A stretch of DNA of 51,348 nucleotides, taken from Octopus sinensis (taxonomy: Eukaryota). The first letter of the stretch is position 1. Each line of letters starts with the position of its first letter. The position numbers and the translations under genes are program-made. Location of the stretch: contig NW_021834960.1 in the NCBI RefSeq assembly GCF_006345805.1, positions 1 to 51,348 of the forward strand. The letters are read 5' to 3'. The notes below the pieces were generated by a model. The model saw only the letters and a program-made list of their open reading frames with translations. It was not told where the DNA came from and did not search any database. Positions 35,074-46,216 of this stretch are shown here, one piece after another.

Positions 35074-35371
35074 GAAGGTGTTTATATATATATAGTATAT
35101 ATATATTATATAAAAAGGTTTTTAATAATATATAATATAATAATACTATATATATATATATATATATTATATGAAAGAAGGTATATATATATATAATATA
35201 AATAGACGAAGGTTTTTATATAATATAGATTATATATATATATCTTATATGAAAGAAGGTTTTTTAATAGATGCTATATATATGAAGGTTTGTAATGCAA
35301 TTTTGAAAGGTGTTTATTCATTTAGTGAATAAACACCTTTTAAAATTGCATTTTCAAACCTTCTTTCATAT
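34963..35371. repeat. ATATGAAAGAAGG/(TA)n stutter array ending in a ~90-bp hairpin
   Basis: Exact 13-mers at 34963, 35019, 35066, 35169 and 35247; hairpin arms at 35295-35320 and 35326-35351 (25/26 complementary). Confidence 0.85.
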
Positions 35372-35506
35372 ATATTTCCGCACGTGCGGTATCTTACAAC
35401 TTCACTTTCTTATATATATATACTTACTTGGAAAAGGATGCGTGGCGTTCGATCAGATAATAATATAAATAATATATAAATATATGCATATATACATACA
35501 TATTTG

Positions 35507-35783
35507 TACATACCTACATATATATGTATATATACATGCATATATGGGAGCAGGACATCAAAAAAACGTTGAACACAATGTCCTTGCCCTCGTAACGTGG
35601 AGTAGTTGAAATAGGGACAACTGAAGAAGGGGAATATTCTTTGTGTTGTATGTCTCGTTTCCCTGTTTCGTTGTTCGAAAAAAAGTTCGTTTCTATGCTT
35701 TCGTTTCTCATTGTGTTCAACGTTTTTTTTTAAGTCCTGTACCCATATATGCATGTATATATACATATAGATGTAGATATGTA
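35507..35783 (-). mobile_element. PLE-family fragment with an inverted duplicated end
   Basis: Homologous to 15451-15663 (WVQD...EQR...PSSVV frame); inverted arms at ~35507-35580 and 35709-35783. Confidence 0.6.
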
Positions 35784-36390
35784 CATACATATATATATAT
35801 ATAGGTATATATATATATGCGTGTGCCTTTATGTTTGTTCCTCTACCATCGCTTGACAACCGATGTTGGTGTGTTTACACCCCCATAACTTATCGGTTCA
35901 GCAAAAGAGGCCGATAAAATAAGTACTAGGCTTACAAAAGAATAAGTCCTGGGATTAATTTCTTCGACTAAAACTGTTTAAAGTGGTGCTCCAGCATGGC
36001 TGCAGTCAAATGACTGAAACAAATAAAAGAATACTCTCTGTGTCGATCTGTTTATCCAGTCTATATACACACATTGTATCCATATTTCCAGATGACATTT
36101 AGCCAGTGTGTCTATATATTCAAACACACACACACACAGTGCTTTTCTCCCGAGAAGCTAAATCTAAGCTGGAGAGACACTCAGAAATAGGTCGGTATAG
36201 AGGTACAGGCAGGCAACACACACACAAACGCATACAAACACACACACACACAAACGCACGCACACACACACACACATACACCACACACACACACACACAT
36301 TCGAGCAGGACACACAGACAAGATGTATATCTTTGCCCAGTAAATCAATGTTTACTGACCGTGTTATTAACGGTCTTAAACACATAGGTA

Positions 36391-36422
<32 letters not shown>

Positions 36423-36528
36423 AAATAATAATAAAAAATAATAATAATACTCAAATAATAATAATAATAACCGTAATGATTATAGTAATAATTGTTACCA
36501 TTACTATGGTAGTAGTAGAAGCAGTAGC

Positions 36529-36565
<37 letters not shown>

Positions 36566-36971
36566 TTAAGGGAATGACATGGACAGTTGCAATTAGTAGC
36601 AAGAAAAAGTGTTCTCTGATGGAGAACAAGGGGTATTTGTCATGGCTGGAATGTCTTTCAAGTTGCAGTTTTGTTGGGTGAGAAGTCAACCAACAACAGC
36701 TCACACCTCCAACCTTTCCTCTTCCTCCTCCCACCAAAACTCATTGAGGTTGTTTAAACAAAACTTGGACAAATGTTATTGAAATAATCAATCGGAGAGG
36801 GAGAGTGGGAGGTGGTAAGTATGGAGGGAGGGAGACATGATGGAGAGAGTGGCTGTAGTAGGAGGTAGGTAGTGTGAGTGAGAGAGCGGAGATGACAGTG
36901 AAGTGTGGTAGGGGGATGAGATTGGGAGAAAAACGAGAGGAGAGAGAGAGAGTAGAAAAGTTGATGAACCG

Positions 36972-37325
36972 GCGGTAAGAGTTTGCTTCCTAACTACATG
37001 GTTCCTGTTTCGATCCCATCACTGCGCGGCACCTTGGGCAAGTGTCTTCTGCTATAGCCTCAAGCCGACCAAAGCCTTGTAAGCGCAATTGGTAGACGGA
37101 AACTGAAAGAATCCCATCATATTGCGTGTGTGTGTGTTTCCCCTACCACCGCTTGACAATCAGTATTGGTGTGTTAACGTTCCCGTAACCTAACGCTTCG
37201 GCAAACGTAAACGATAAATTAAGCACCAAAAAAAAAAAAAAAAGTATTGGAGTTAATTCATTCAACTAAAATTTCTTCAATGTGGTGCTCCAGCGTGGCC
37301 GCAGTTGAGTGACTGACGCAAGTAA
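36972..37325 (+). mobile_element. SINE family A, diverged, near full length
   Basis: The head, central (GT)n and tail are recognisable. Confidence 0.8.
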
Positions 37326-37617
37326 CGATAGAAAGGCAGAACAGAGAGAATCAAAAAAGAGAGGAAGAGAGAAACGGAGAGGAATTATAAAATGCATGAG
37401 AGACAGAGATGTTTGTGTAGGGGAGACGTGAGGTGGGGGGGGGTCGCTTGAGGCAGTGTTTCAACTTATATACATTGTCCCTCGTTCATTCACGTATCAA
37501 TACGGATGATGATCACAAAATCACTTTTGTGACATCATGATTAACAAAAAGATCGAATCGGAAAAGGGAAGAGCTGCAGTGTCAGTCTTATTAACTCGTT
37601 GAAACCCAGCTTGATCC

Positions 37618-37873
37618 AAACGTCTGGAGGCAGGTATCCAGATAAACGACGTGACTAGACAATTTGAGACAGGTCTCCAAATAAAAATGATATAAAAAAG
37701 ACGAGAATCATATTTCTGAAAGTAGGATTCAAGATTAAAACGTCTGGAGGTAGATCTCTAAATAAAACACGAGTTCATCTGGAGATTTCATCTGGAGATT
37801 TATCTCCAGATGAAATACTAGATGAAAGCATCTGAAAATAGATCTCCAGATATGAGACAAATTATAACATCTG
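37618..37873. repeat. Degenerate mixed-orientation minisatellite (TCTGGAG/CTCCAGA)
   Basis: TTCATCTGGAGAT occurs twice in tandem (37774, 37787), then inverted as ATCTCCAGATGAA (37802). Confidence 0.7.
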
Positions 37874-37934
37874 TAGGTAGATTTACATGTAGTGAATAAA
37901 TAGGACTTTCTAAAGCTGTTTTTCTCAATCATTC

Positions 37935-38040
37935 GCACCGTCATTAGACTGCGGCCATGCTGGGGCACCACCTTTAAAAAATTTAGTCGAATGGATCGGC
38001 CCCAGAACTTATTCGTACTAGTACCAGTCTAGTACTTATT
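37935..38040 (-). mobile_element. SINE family A, 3' fragment
   Basis: GACTGCGGCCATGCTGGGGCACCACC. Confidence 0.7.
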
Positions 38041-38484
38041 CGTATATATGACGATGGTGATGATGACGATGACGATGATGGTGATGGTGACGACACTGAT
38101 TATGACGATGATGATGACAACAACGACGACTATGATGATCATAGTACTGATGATGGCGGTGATAACAACAATGACGGCGACGGCACGAATATTTCTGTTT
38201 GGCCCCATGCACTCGGTATTAACTGCTGTCCCCAGGTGACCATTTGTTGGAAGAGAAAGAAAAGGAAAGTCAGAAAAGTATCCTTTCAAACAAAACAGAA
38301 AACTCCTCTCCCACCTTCATTCTTTTTGCACTCCTTCCTCTCCACCTTAAACTCACGCCACCACCAACACCTCTCCCTTCCACTCCTACTTTAAACCCTT
38401 TCCAACTCTCACCACTCCCAGATCAACCTACCACATTGTCTTTCTACACGCTACAGTTGTTGCTCAAGGTCCTTGCTGCTGTTA

Positions 38485-39125
38485 TTTAACCCCAGGTCAG
38501 TCCTGATCCAGTAGACCTATGATCAAAGATGTTCTACCTGTGACCTTCCCATCAATTATTCAGACTTAGTGCATCTACGATTTCATCCAATGTTGAGTAA
38601 TTTGTATTAGCGGCAATGATCAAAGATGTTCCAGCTGTGACCATCCCATCTATTATTCAGTGTAAGTAGGACTACATTATCTAATGTACAGTACAGTAGT
38701 TAGTATCAGTGGCTATTGTTGTTGATTAACCCTAGGTCAGTCCCGATTCAACAGCCCTATGATCAAAGATGTTCCAGCTGTGACCATCCCATCTTTTATT
38801 CAGGCATAGTGTACCAAGGACTACATTATCTCATGTACAGCAAAGAAATTAGTTTTTGTGGCTATAGTTGCTGTTTAGGTGTATCTAGGAATACACTGTC
38901 GAATGTTGTTTAATCCCAGAGCGGACCTATGATCAAAAACGTTCCAGCTGTGACCATCCCATCTTTTATTCAGACATCGTGTATCTAGGATTACATTATC
39001 TAACGTATAAGTTATAGCAGAGTTAGAGGCTAAAGCGGTTGTTTTAGGCACAGGGCAGCCCTGATCTAGCAGACCTATAGCCAAAGCCGTTCTAGTCGTG
39101 ACCATCCCAACTTTTATTCAGACTA
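38485..39125 (+). repeat. ~150-bp tandem repeat array, about 5 units
   Basis: GATCAAAGATGTTCCAGCTGTGACCATCCCATC is repeated. Confidence 0.9.
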
Positions 39126-40104
39126 TTAGTATTAGCTATTCTAGCCGATTGATGGGAGTACATGGCTGCTTTTTCATTGAGGGTGCGAAGGGCTTTTGAA
39201 CAGATATACCCTCTTCTGGTTTATGAATTTACCCAGCCCTCGTTCCAACGCATGAAGCCCCACCCCCCACCCACCTTACCTCCTCCCCCACCACCTGAAC
39301 CAATATTGCTACAACCCACGCAAGACAACCCCCTACTCACCCACCGCACGTCCCTCCTACTTGCTCTCTGCTTTTCCTCTTTTTCCTACCCCCCCTCAAC
39401 TGACCTTATTACCTCCGACTGCCACCCTACGTCTCACCCCCACCCCTGCGCAAAACGCACTCCCCCGTCACACACCGATTCCACCCCATCCCTTCCTACG
39501 TATACTTTTTGCCCCCCTCCCGTTTATTTGTCCATACTCTTCTCCTCCTACTCCTCTTTCTACCTCCTACCTCCATCCCCCCCTCATCTACCCCAGATCA
39601 GACAATAGCTGTCAGTCTTAATATGAAAACCATTTGTATGTGGCTAGTGGTAGGGTGGGGACGGAGTGAGAGTAGGGGCCAGTGATGATGATGGGGGGGA
39701 GTAGTGGAGTAGAGGCGGTAGTAGTGGTAGTGGTACTGGTGGTAGTAGTAGAGGTGGTAGTGGTGGTTGAGGTAGTAGTATTGGTGGATATTGCTAATAG
39801 TGGTAGTAGTGATGGGGGTTGTGGTGCAAGTGGTAGTGTTGATAGTGAATGGTAGCAGTGGTAGCTGTGGTGGTCGTGGCAGTGACAAAGGTAGTAGCAG
39901 TAGTAGTAGTGGTGATAGTTGTGATACTATTGGTAGGGTTGTGATAGTAGTAGTGGTGGTGGTGGTGGTGGTGGTGGTGGTGTGGTGGTGGTGGTAATGA
40001 TGGTCGAGACAGAAGTGGTGATGAGAGTAGGGACAGTAACGGTGGTAGGAAGAGAAGGGGCTGTATAGGCTGCTTAAACTGCTAGAAATAGCAACTAAAT
40101 CTCC

Positions 40105-40342
40105 CTTACATTTATTTCTTTATTGCCCACAGGGGGATAAACATAGAGGGTACAAACAAGGACAGACATAGGTATTAAGTTGATTACATCGACCCCAGTG
40201 CGTAACTGGTGCTTATTTAATCGACTCCGAAAGGATGAAAGGCAAAGTCGACCTCGGCGGAATTTGAACTCAGAACGTAACGCAGACGAAATACCGCTAG
40301 GCATTTCGACCGGCGTGCTAACGATTCTGTCAGCTCACCTTA
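40105..40342 (-). mobile_element. SINE family B, monomeric
   Basis: Single core plus head. Confidence 0.85.
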
Positions 40343-40560
40343 AATTACAACCCCTGTATTACCTTTTAAGACAGCTGGAACATCTTTAATCACATATCTG
40401 ATGGAATAGAACTAATTTAGAGCTAAAGAACAACTAGAGCTCATTACTGTAATTACTATACATTAGATAATGTAGTCCTAGATACACTATGTTTGAATAA
40501 ATAATTGGGTTATAGCTTTAGTTAAGCTAGACACAAAAAAATTAACGGTGACCCAGAATA

Positions 40561-41782
40561 TGTTAGTGAAAGATTTATTTAGCTGAACACATGAGGGCGA
40601 CAGCCGCCAGTCAACTCCCTTAACCGGAGTCAACTTCACCGCAGACCAGCTCCCTAGGAAGCCCGTAGCGAAGTTCCCGTCTACAGTTCGTCTCTCACAA
40701 AGCCTTGGGCAGTGCCCTATATATAACTACCCCCCTCTACCAAAACTGGTGTCATTGGAACCGGGAAGGCGTTTTAACTGCCCTACTTGCGCGTGTGGTT
40801 ATTCGGCTCTTTGGCGACTGTTCCTTGCCAAGGGTTGGTGTGATTCGCCTGAGACGGCCCCGTTTGGTGGTTGAGCTACTTGGACAGGGCTGTCATTATC
40901 GAGATGGGCCGGTTTCAACTTATCGATGGAAATTGTGTCTTGGTGTCCGCCAATTAGGAGTTGGAATGATTTGTCTCCTGGACATATGACTTCAAATGGG
41001 CCATCGTAAGGTAACTGGAGGGTTTTCGTCGTGTGTCACGTCGAAAGAACACGAAGTTAGCCGTGCGGAGGTCATTTGGTACGGATGGTCTAGGTTTACC
41101 AAGTGTTGACATGGGAATAGGGCGCAACTGGGCCCACACTGTCTCTCAATTGCGCGAAGTACTTTTTGACATCTGGGTCTGACTTCGTGTTCAGAAGGAA
41201 CTCTCCTGGCACCGTAAGAGGGGCACCATACACCATTTCCACGGAAGAAGTGTTGAGATTTTCCTTTCAGGCAGTGCAGATTCCCAGCATTACCCATGGA
41301 AGTTGATCAATCCAAATGGGCCCGTTAAGTCCGGTTGTCAGGGATTCCTTCAGGGAGCGGTGAAATCTCCCCCAACCCGTTGGCCCGTGGATGGTAGGCT
41401 GTTGTGCGCTTCATTGTAATTCCAAAAACGTTACACGTCATTTCACAGCTTTGAGGTGAATTGTGGACCTCGATCGGAGGAGATGCTGTCTGCTACACCG
41501 AAACGGGTCACCCAGTTTGAGATGAAGGCTCGGCTGACATCTCGTGTTTCCCTGCTGCAGAGAGGGATAGCCTCAAGTCATCGAGTATAGCAGTCTACAA
41601 AGGTCAGTAGGTACGAGCAACCCCGTGAAGGTGGTAGGGGGCCGAAAAGGTTAATGTTGACGTGGCTGAAACGGGCCTGTGGCGGTTCATAGTTGGCCGG
41701 GGGGGATTTAGAGTGCTGATGGGCCTGGGCATGATGACAGGGGATGCAGGTCTTGGTCCACTCCACAATTTGCTTGGCCATA
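40561..41782 (-). mobile_element. Gypsy LTR retrotransposon 3' half (integrase pseudogene, PPT, 3' LTR)
   Basis: Integrase zinc-finger end and core: 'WTKTCIPCHHAQ...PPQARFSHVNINLFGPLPPSRGCSYLLTFVDCYTR*LEAIPL...WVTRFG..SISSDRGPQFTS', and the later GPY/F-like 'YDGPF'. Polypurine tract GTAGAGGGGGG at 40740-40730. A ~168-bp LTR contains AATAAA and ends TAACA at 40561. Confidence 0.9.
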
Positions 41783-41915
41783 ATCACTAATACTAACTAT
41801 TGTACTATACATAAGATAATGTAGTCCTAGATACACCATATCTGAATAGAAGACGGGATAGTCACAACTGGAATATCTTTGATCATAGGTCTACCTGGGA
41901 TAATCACAACTGAAA
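41783..41915 (-). repeat. ~150-bp repeat unit flanking the Gypsy fragment (partner unit at 40372-40495)
   Basis: AGATAATGTAGTCCTAGATACAC is present on both sides of the Gypsy piece. Confidence 0.8.
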
Positions 41916-41984
41916 CATCTAATGTTCGACAAAATGTTACAAAGTAGACATTGTGTCGCTTTCCTGATAATGCACACAAGAACG

Positions 41985-41994
41985 GTGACGTCAC
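41985..41994. promoter_or_regulatory. Perfect palindromic CRE-like site GTGACGTCAC in non-repeat sequence
   Basis: Motif match only. Confidence 0.2.
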
Positions 41995-42329
41995 TGCCGT
42001 GGCTGAAGAATTAGTCCCAATACACTAATGCTTCCTGCTAATAGTACAAGATCAAAGAATATCCATGCCCAGCGAAAGTCTTCTGGAGACACTGCTTAGT
42101 CGGTGTTCAATCTCCCTAAAAACATTACCTGTATCCATCCATCCATCCATCCAAAAAACTGACGCAGTCTCTCCAAATCCAATCTATTCGTGGCACAGTG
42201 AAAATTTCTAAGTCATTCCAAATATTCTCCACTGAGATTCTTATTTGAATAAATGCACACACTTGGGTATCTGCATGCACAGTTCAACCAACATACCAAC
42301 CCAACCACATATTTACAAAACATAATTTG

Positions 42330-42597
42330 CGACGACGGTTCCAGTTGATCTGATCAACGGAACAGCCTGCTCGTCAAATTAACCTACAAGTGGCTGAGCA
42401 CTCCACAGATACAAGTGCCCTTAACACAGTGTGCGACAAAGCTGCTCCTTTGAATTACAGGCACAACTCATTTTTGCCAAATGAGTGGAGCAACGAGAAA
42501 TAAAATGTCTTGCTCAAGGACATGACACGCCGCTGAGAATCGAACTCAACTTGACGATCGTGAACCGAATACCCTAACCACTATACTCCGCGCCTTT
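42330..42597 (-). mobile_element. tRNA-derived SINE family C, near full length
   Basis: The minus head AGGCGCGGAGTATAGTGGTTAGGGTATTCGG...GAGTTCGATTCT is followed by TGTCCTTGAGCAAGACA. Confidence 0.75.
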
Positions 42598-42631
42598 TCC
42601 TCATTGGCTTATAATATTCTACTTGTTTCAA

Positions 42632-42815
42632 AGGTGGCAAGCTGGCAGAATCGTTAGCACGTCGGGCAAATTGCTTAGCGGCATTTCTTCCCTTCGTTAC
42701 GTTCAGAGTTTAAATTTCGCCGAGGTCGACTTTGCCTTTCATCCTTTCAGAGTCGCTACAATAAAAGTACCATGTACTATAGGGATCCATGTAACCGACT
42801 TACCCCTTCCCCGGT
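42632..42815 (+). mobile_element. SINE family B
   Basis: GGTGGCAAGCTGGCAGAATCGTTAGCAC...GAGGTCGACTTTGCCTTTCATCC. Confidence 0.85.
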
Positions 42816-43399
42816 ATTTATTTTGTCGGTTTATTTTACTGAAATCGCGACAAAACAAGCAACACACCAACACCATTCTTTGTCCTATTAGATCATTACC
42901 ACCACTATCGCTGCCACTGCTCCCACATGAACAGTATCGGACACCACCACTAAGACCATCACTACTACTACTATCTAAGCCATGGCAAAACCATATTACC
43001 ACGACGACCACCACCACAAATAAAAACAAACATAACCACCACTACTAAGGCATCTAAACAACCACCACCACAACCTGCGACAAGAACTAATACCACCACA
43101 ACCATACCACGACCACCATGGCATTACTACTATCACCACAACCCCGACTACGAAAGGAAAACCATACGACTATTACAATACCAGTAGGACTAACACATCA
43201 CCAGTAGGATCCCCACCACCACCACCACCACCACCACTACCACCAGTTTCCGGTTTCTCTCTCTCTCAGATGTGAAAACAAAACATCAAATCTCGCCGCC
43301 ATTCTAAGTCAAGCGCAAAGTTTCAGAGGAGAAACAACACGAAAGAACAATCAGAGACGAGAGTCGACATCACTGTGCCTCCCCACACCCATCGCCCTC

Positions 43400-43760
43400 T
43401 GTCTGTGTGTCTGTCGTTCTTTTTCTCTCTTCCTTTTGCATCATCATCTCTATGATTATCATCATCACGATCAAGAGTATTCATCATCATCGCGATCATC
43501 ATTATCATCGTCACCATTACTTCCTGTCATCGTTACCACCAACACCACCACTACCACCATCACCACAATCACCATCCTCATCACATCACCAACATCGTCA
43601 TCAATACCACAATATTCAACATATCACCATCACCATCATCATCATCGAAACTATCAGCACCACCACATCCTCATCTCATCACCATCATCATCATCACCAT
43701 TACCACAATGTTCAACATATCATCATCATCATCATCATCATCAACATACTACCGTAGTCA
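43400..43760. repeat. Compound (CAT/CAC)n tract
   Basis: Seen directly. Confidence 0.85.
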
Positions 43761-44301
43761 TAGGAGCCAACACAAGAACTACCGTCTTTAACATCCCCAT
43801 CACCGCCATATCTACCAACCACAGATACCAAGTGATTTAGTTCTGCACAACAAACACATCACCACCACAACAAAAAGTCATTTCTACCAGCACCAGCACC
43901 AACATCGCCACCAATTTCATGGCTGGATACTCAAAGAGGAAATTATTCGAGTACTCAATCACTGAAGTGAAACAGCGCCTGGTACCCTTCAAAGAGTGTA
44001 GTTTTCTCTGTGTGTGTGTGTGTGTGTGTCGCTTGTGTTTCAGGAATGTCTATTTGGTGTATCTCATATCTGACTTTGAAATGATTTTAAAATTCTGAAA
44101 TGGGAAGATTTTACTGAGCAGATATTTAAATGTTTTACACAGAAAAAAGATTGTTGAAATTTCGGCTTTCGAGTTCGGGTGTGTTGTTATTCTGTAGATG
44201 TATTCATGTATGGATACAGGTCCTTTTTTATCACTGACGATATACCTAAGTGTGTGCGTATGTGTGTGCGTCTGCGTTTGTACGTATCAGAGCATTGTAG
44301 T

Positions 44302-44603
44302 GGAGGCACATGGCCTAGTGGTTAGAGCAGCGGACTCGCGGTCGAGGGATCGCGGGTTCGAATCTCAGACCGGGCGATGTGTTGTGTTTATGAGCGAAAC
44401 ACCTAAGTTCCACGCGACTCCGGCAGAAGGTAATGGCGAACTTCTGCTGACTCTTTCGCCACAACTTTCTCACACTCTTTCCTCCTGCATCTTGCAGCTC
44501 ACCTGTGACGAACCAGCTTACCTGTGACGAACCTATACGCCAAGGAAACCGGGAAACCGGCCCTTATGAGCCAAGCGTAGCTTGAGAAGAAACAAGCAAC
44601 AAA
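44302..44603 (+). mobile_element. tRNA-derived SINE family D, full length, with a 13-bp TSD
   Basis: A-box TGGCCTAGTGG (44311) and B-box GGTTCGAATCT (44355); AGAGCATTGTAGT is duplicated at 44289-44301 and 44604-44616. Confidence 0.9.
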
Positions 44604-44687
44604 AGAGCATTGTAGTACAGAAGTAGAAAAAGATAAGGAAAATAAAAAAAGTATCGAACAATGCGGAAAGGTTTTACAGAAAAACGT

Positions 44688-44717
44688 TATATTTCGGGCG
44701 CAAAGACCCATCCTCAG
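44688..44717 (-). ncRNA. Hammerhead core (family 4) lacking an evident helix I
   Basis: Reverse complement is CTGAGGA-T-GGG(TCTTTGCG)CCC-GAAA-TA-TA, with palindromic ATAT helix III; the flanks do not pair. Confidence 0.4.
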
Positions 44718-45324
44718 GAAGAACCAGTCTAAGAAATGTGAAGTTCCATCCATCCATACATGCATACATCAATCCATTCATCCATACATAGTATTTGCTA
44801 TATGTACAGTTACATGTACAACGTTTACTGGTGACTTTAGAGCTCCACATAAAGTATCATCATTCAGTCTGCTCACCGTAAAGTGATGTGATTACTAATG
44901 TATTTAACAGTAATCTCGTTTATGATATACAGAGCACAATAGAGAGAAAATATGACACAAGATTCAGTTTGTGTCATTTATTTCCTACGCCTGTTTCGCC
45001 GTTTTGACTATGTATCCTCCGCAGTGGGTATTTATAGTCTATGTAGATGCAGAATTACAACGGTTGTTCAGAGGAACACTTTATTATATTGTGCTAACGC
45101 AAAACAAATGCTAGTGTTTTGGGGCAAGAAACGATAAAAACTGCATCCTGCGTTTATCATATTTTGTTGTTGTTTGTGTGTTTGCGTCACGATTCGCTGT
45201 CGTGAATCATTTTCTTATAATTGTGTATGTGTTATATGATGCAACATAACATGAACATTCGTGGAACGCATTTAGTGAATTTTCATACAAAAATTAGAAA
45301 TATTTCATCGCTCAATCTATCTAT

Positions 45325-45569
45325 ATCATTCATCTTTTAATTGTTTCAGTTATTTGACTGCGGCCATGCTGGGGCATCACCTTGAATAATTTTTAGTTGA
45401 AGGAATCGAACCCCACTACTTATCTTCTTTTTAAGCCTGGTACTTATATCGGTCTCTTTCGCCAAACCGCTAAGTTATGGGGACGTAATCACACCAACAC
45501 CCGTTGTCAAGCGGTGGGGGGAGAAAAACACTGACACAAAGACAAACAGACACAAGGACTAACAGGCAG

Positions 45570-45630
<61 letters not shown>

Positions 45631-45904
45631 TATAATCATGCCAAGGACCTATAATACTTTAAGGGATGTTTGCATCCTAGTTCTCCGTTTTATACCAGTG
45701 TTCAGTGAAAACTAAATACTTTAGTTTTGCATTGGTCTATATTGGTATCTAAGATATGAATGAGAAAAAAGAATAAAATGGGGAAATTAGATATCTAATT
45801 GGATATGGAAACGGCTGTAGGTATAAGAATTTCATATTATATTGATTTGAATATATTTGAATAAACTGATGTCTGTACGTCAATTTCTCCATTTTCTTCT
45901 TTTT

Positions 45905-45952
<48 letters not shown>

Positions 45953-46125
45953 CACACATACGACGGGCCTATTTCATTTTCCATTAGCCAAATTTACTCA
46001 CAAGACTTCGGTCGGCCCAAGGCTATAAGAAGAAGACACTTACCCCAAGTGCCATGCAGTGGGACTGAACCCGGAACCATGTGGTAGGGAAGCAAGCATC
46101 TTACCACACAGCCACGCCTGCGCCT
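45325..46125 (-). mobile_element. SINE family A halves (45325-45545 and 45960-46125) separated by microsatellite and other sequence
   Basis: The two halves are collinear with the consensus. Confidence 0.7.
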
Positions 46126-46216
46126 ACATGTATGTATGTATTTATTTCAACACACACACACACACATATGCATATATGCGCATATATAGATATATGTAGG
46201 CACATATCCACATGTA

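Larger units (their letters stand above)
34790..36032 (+). mobile_element. SINE family A split by an ~870-bp insertion in its central microsatellite (34790-34945 and 35820-36032)
   Basis: The 5' half ends GAATCCCGTC-(AT)n and the 3' half resumes GTTTGTTCC..CATCGCTTGACAACCG. Confidence 0.75.

Noticed and set aside
34963-35290. Repeat-spacer appearance resembling a CRISPR array
   Set aside because: The repeats are only 13 bp, the spacers are (TA)n, the context is eukaryotic, and there are no cas genes.
40545-40560. PBS-like GGTGACCC next to the Gypsy LTR end
   Set aside because: It is in the wrong orientation relative to the element and beside a 3' LTR.
42110-42135. Possible minus-strand splice signals and exon near 41950-42130
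   Set aside because: All three frames hit stops quickly, and the donor-like site abuts a (GGAT)n microsatellite.
44302-44375. tRNA-like sequence with good A and B boxes
   Set aside because: It continues into a SINE body and tail and is flanked by a 13-bp TSD, so it is a SINE head and not a tRNA gene.
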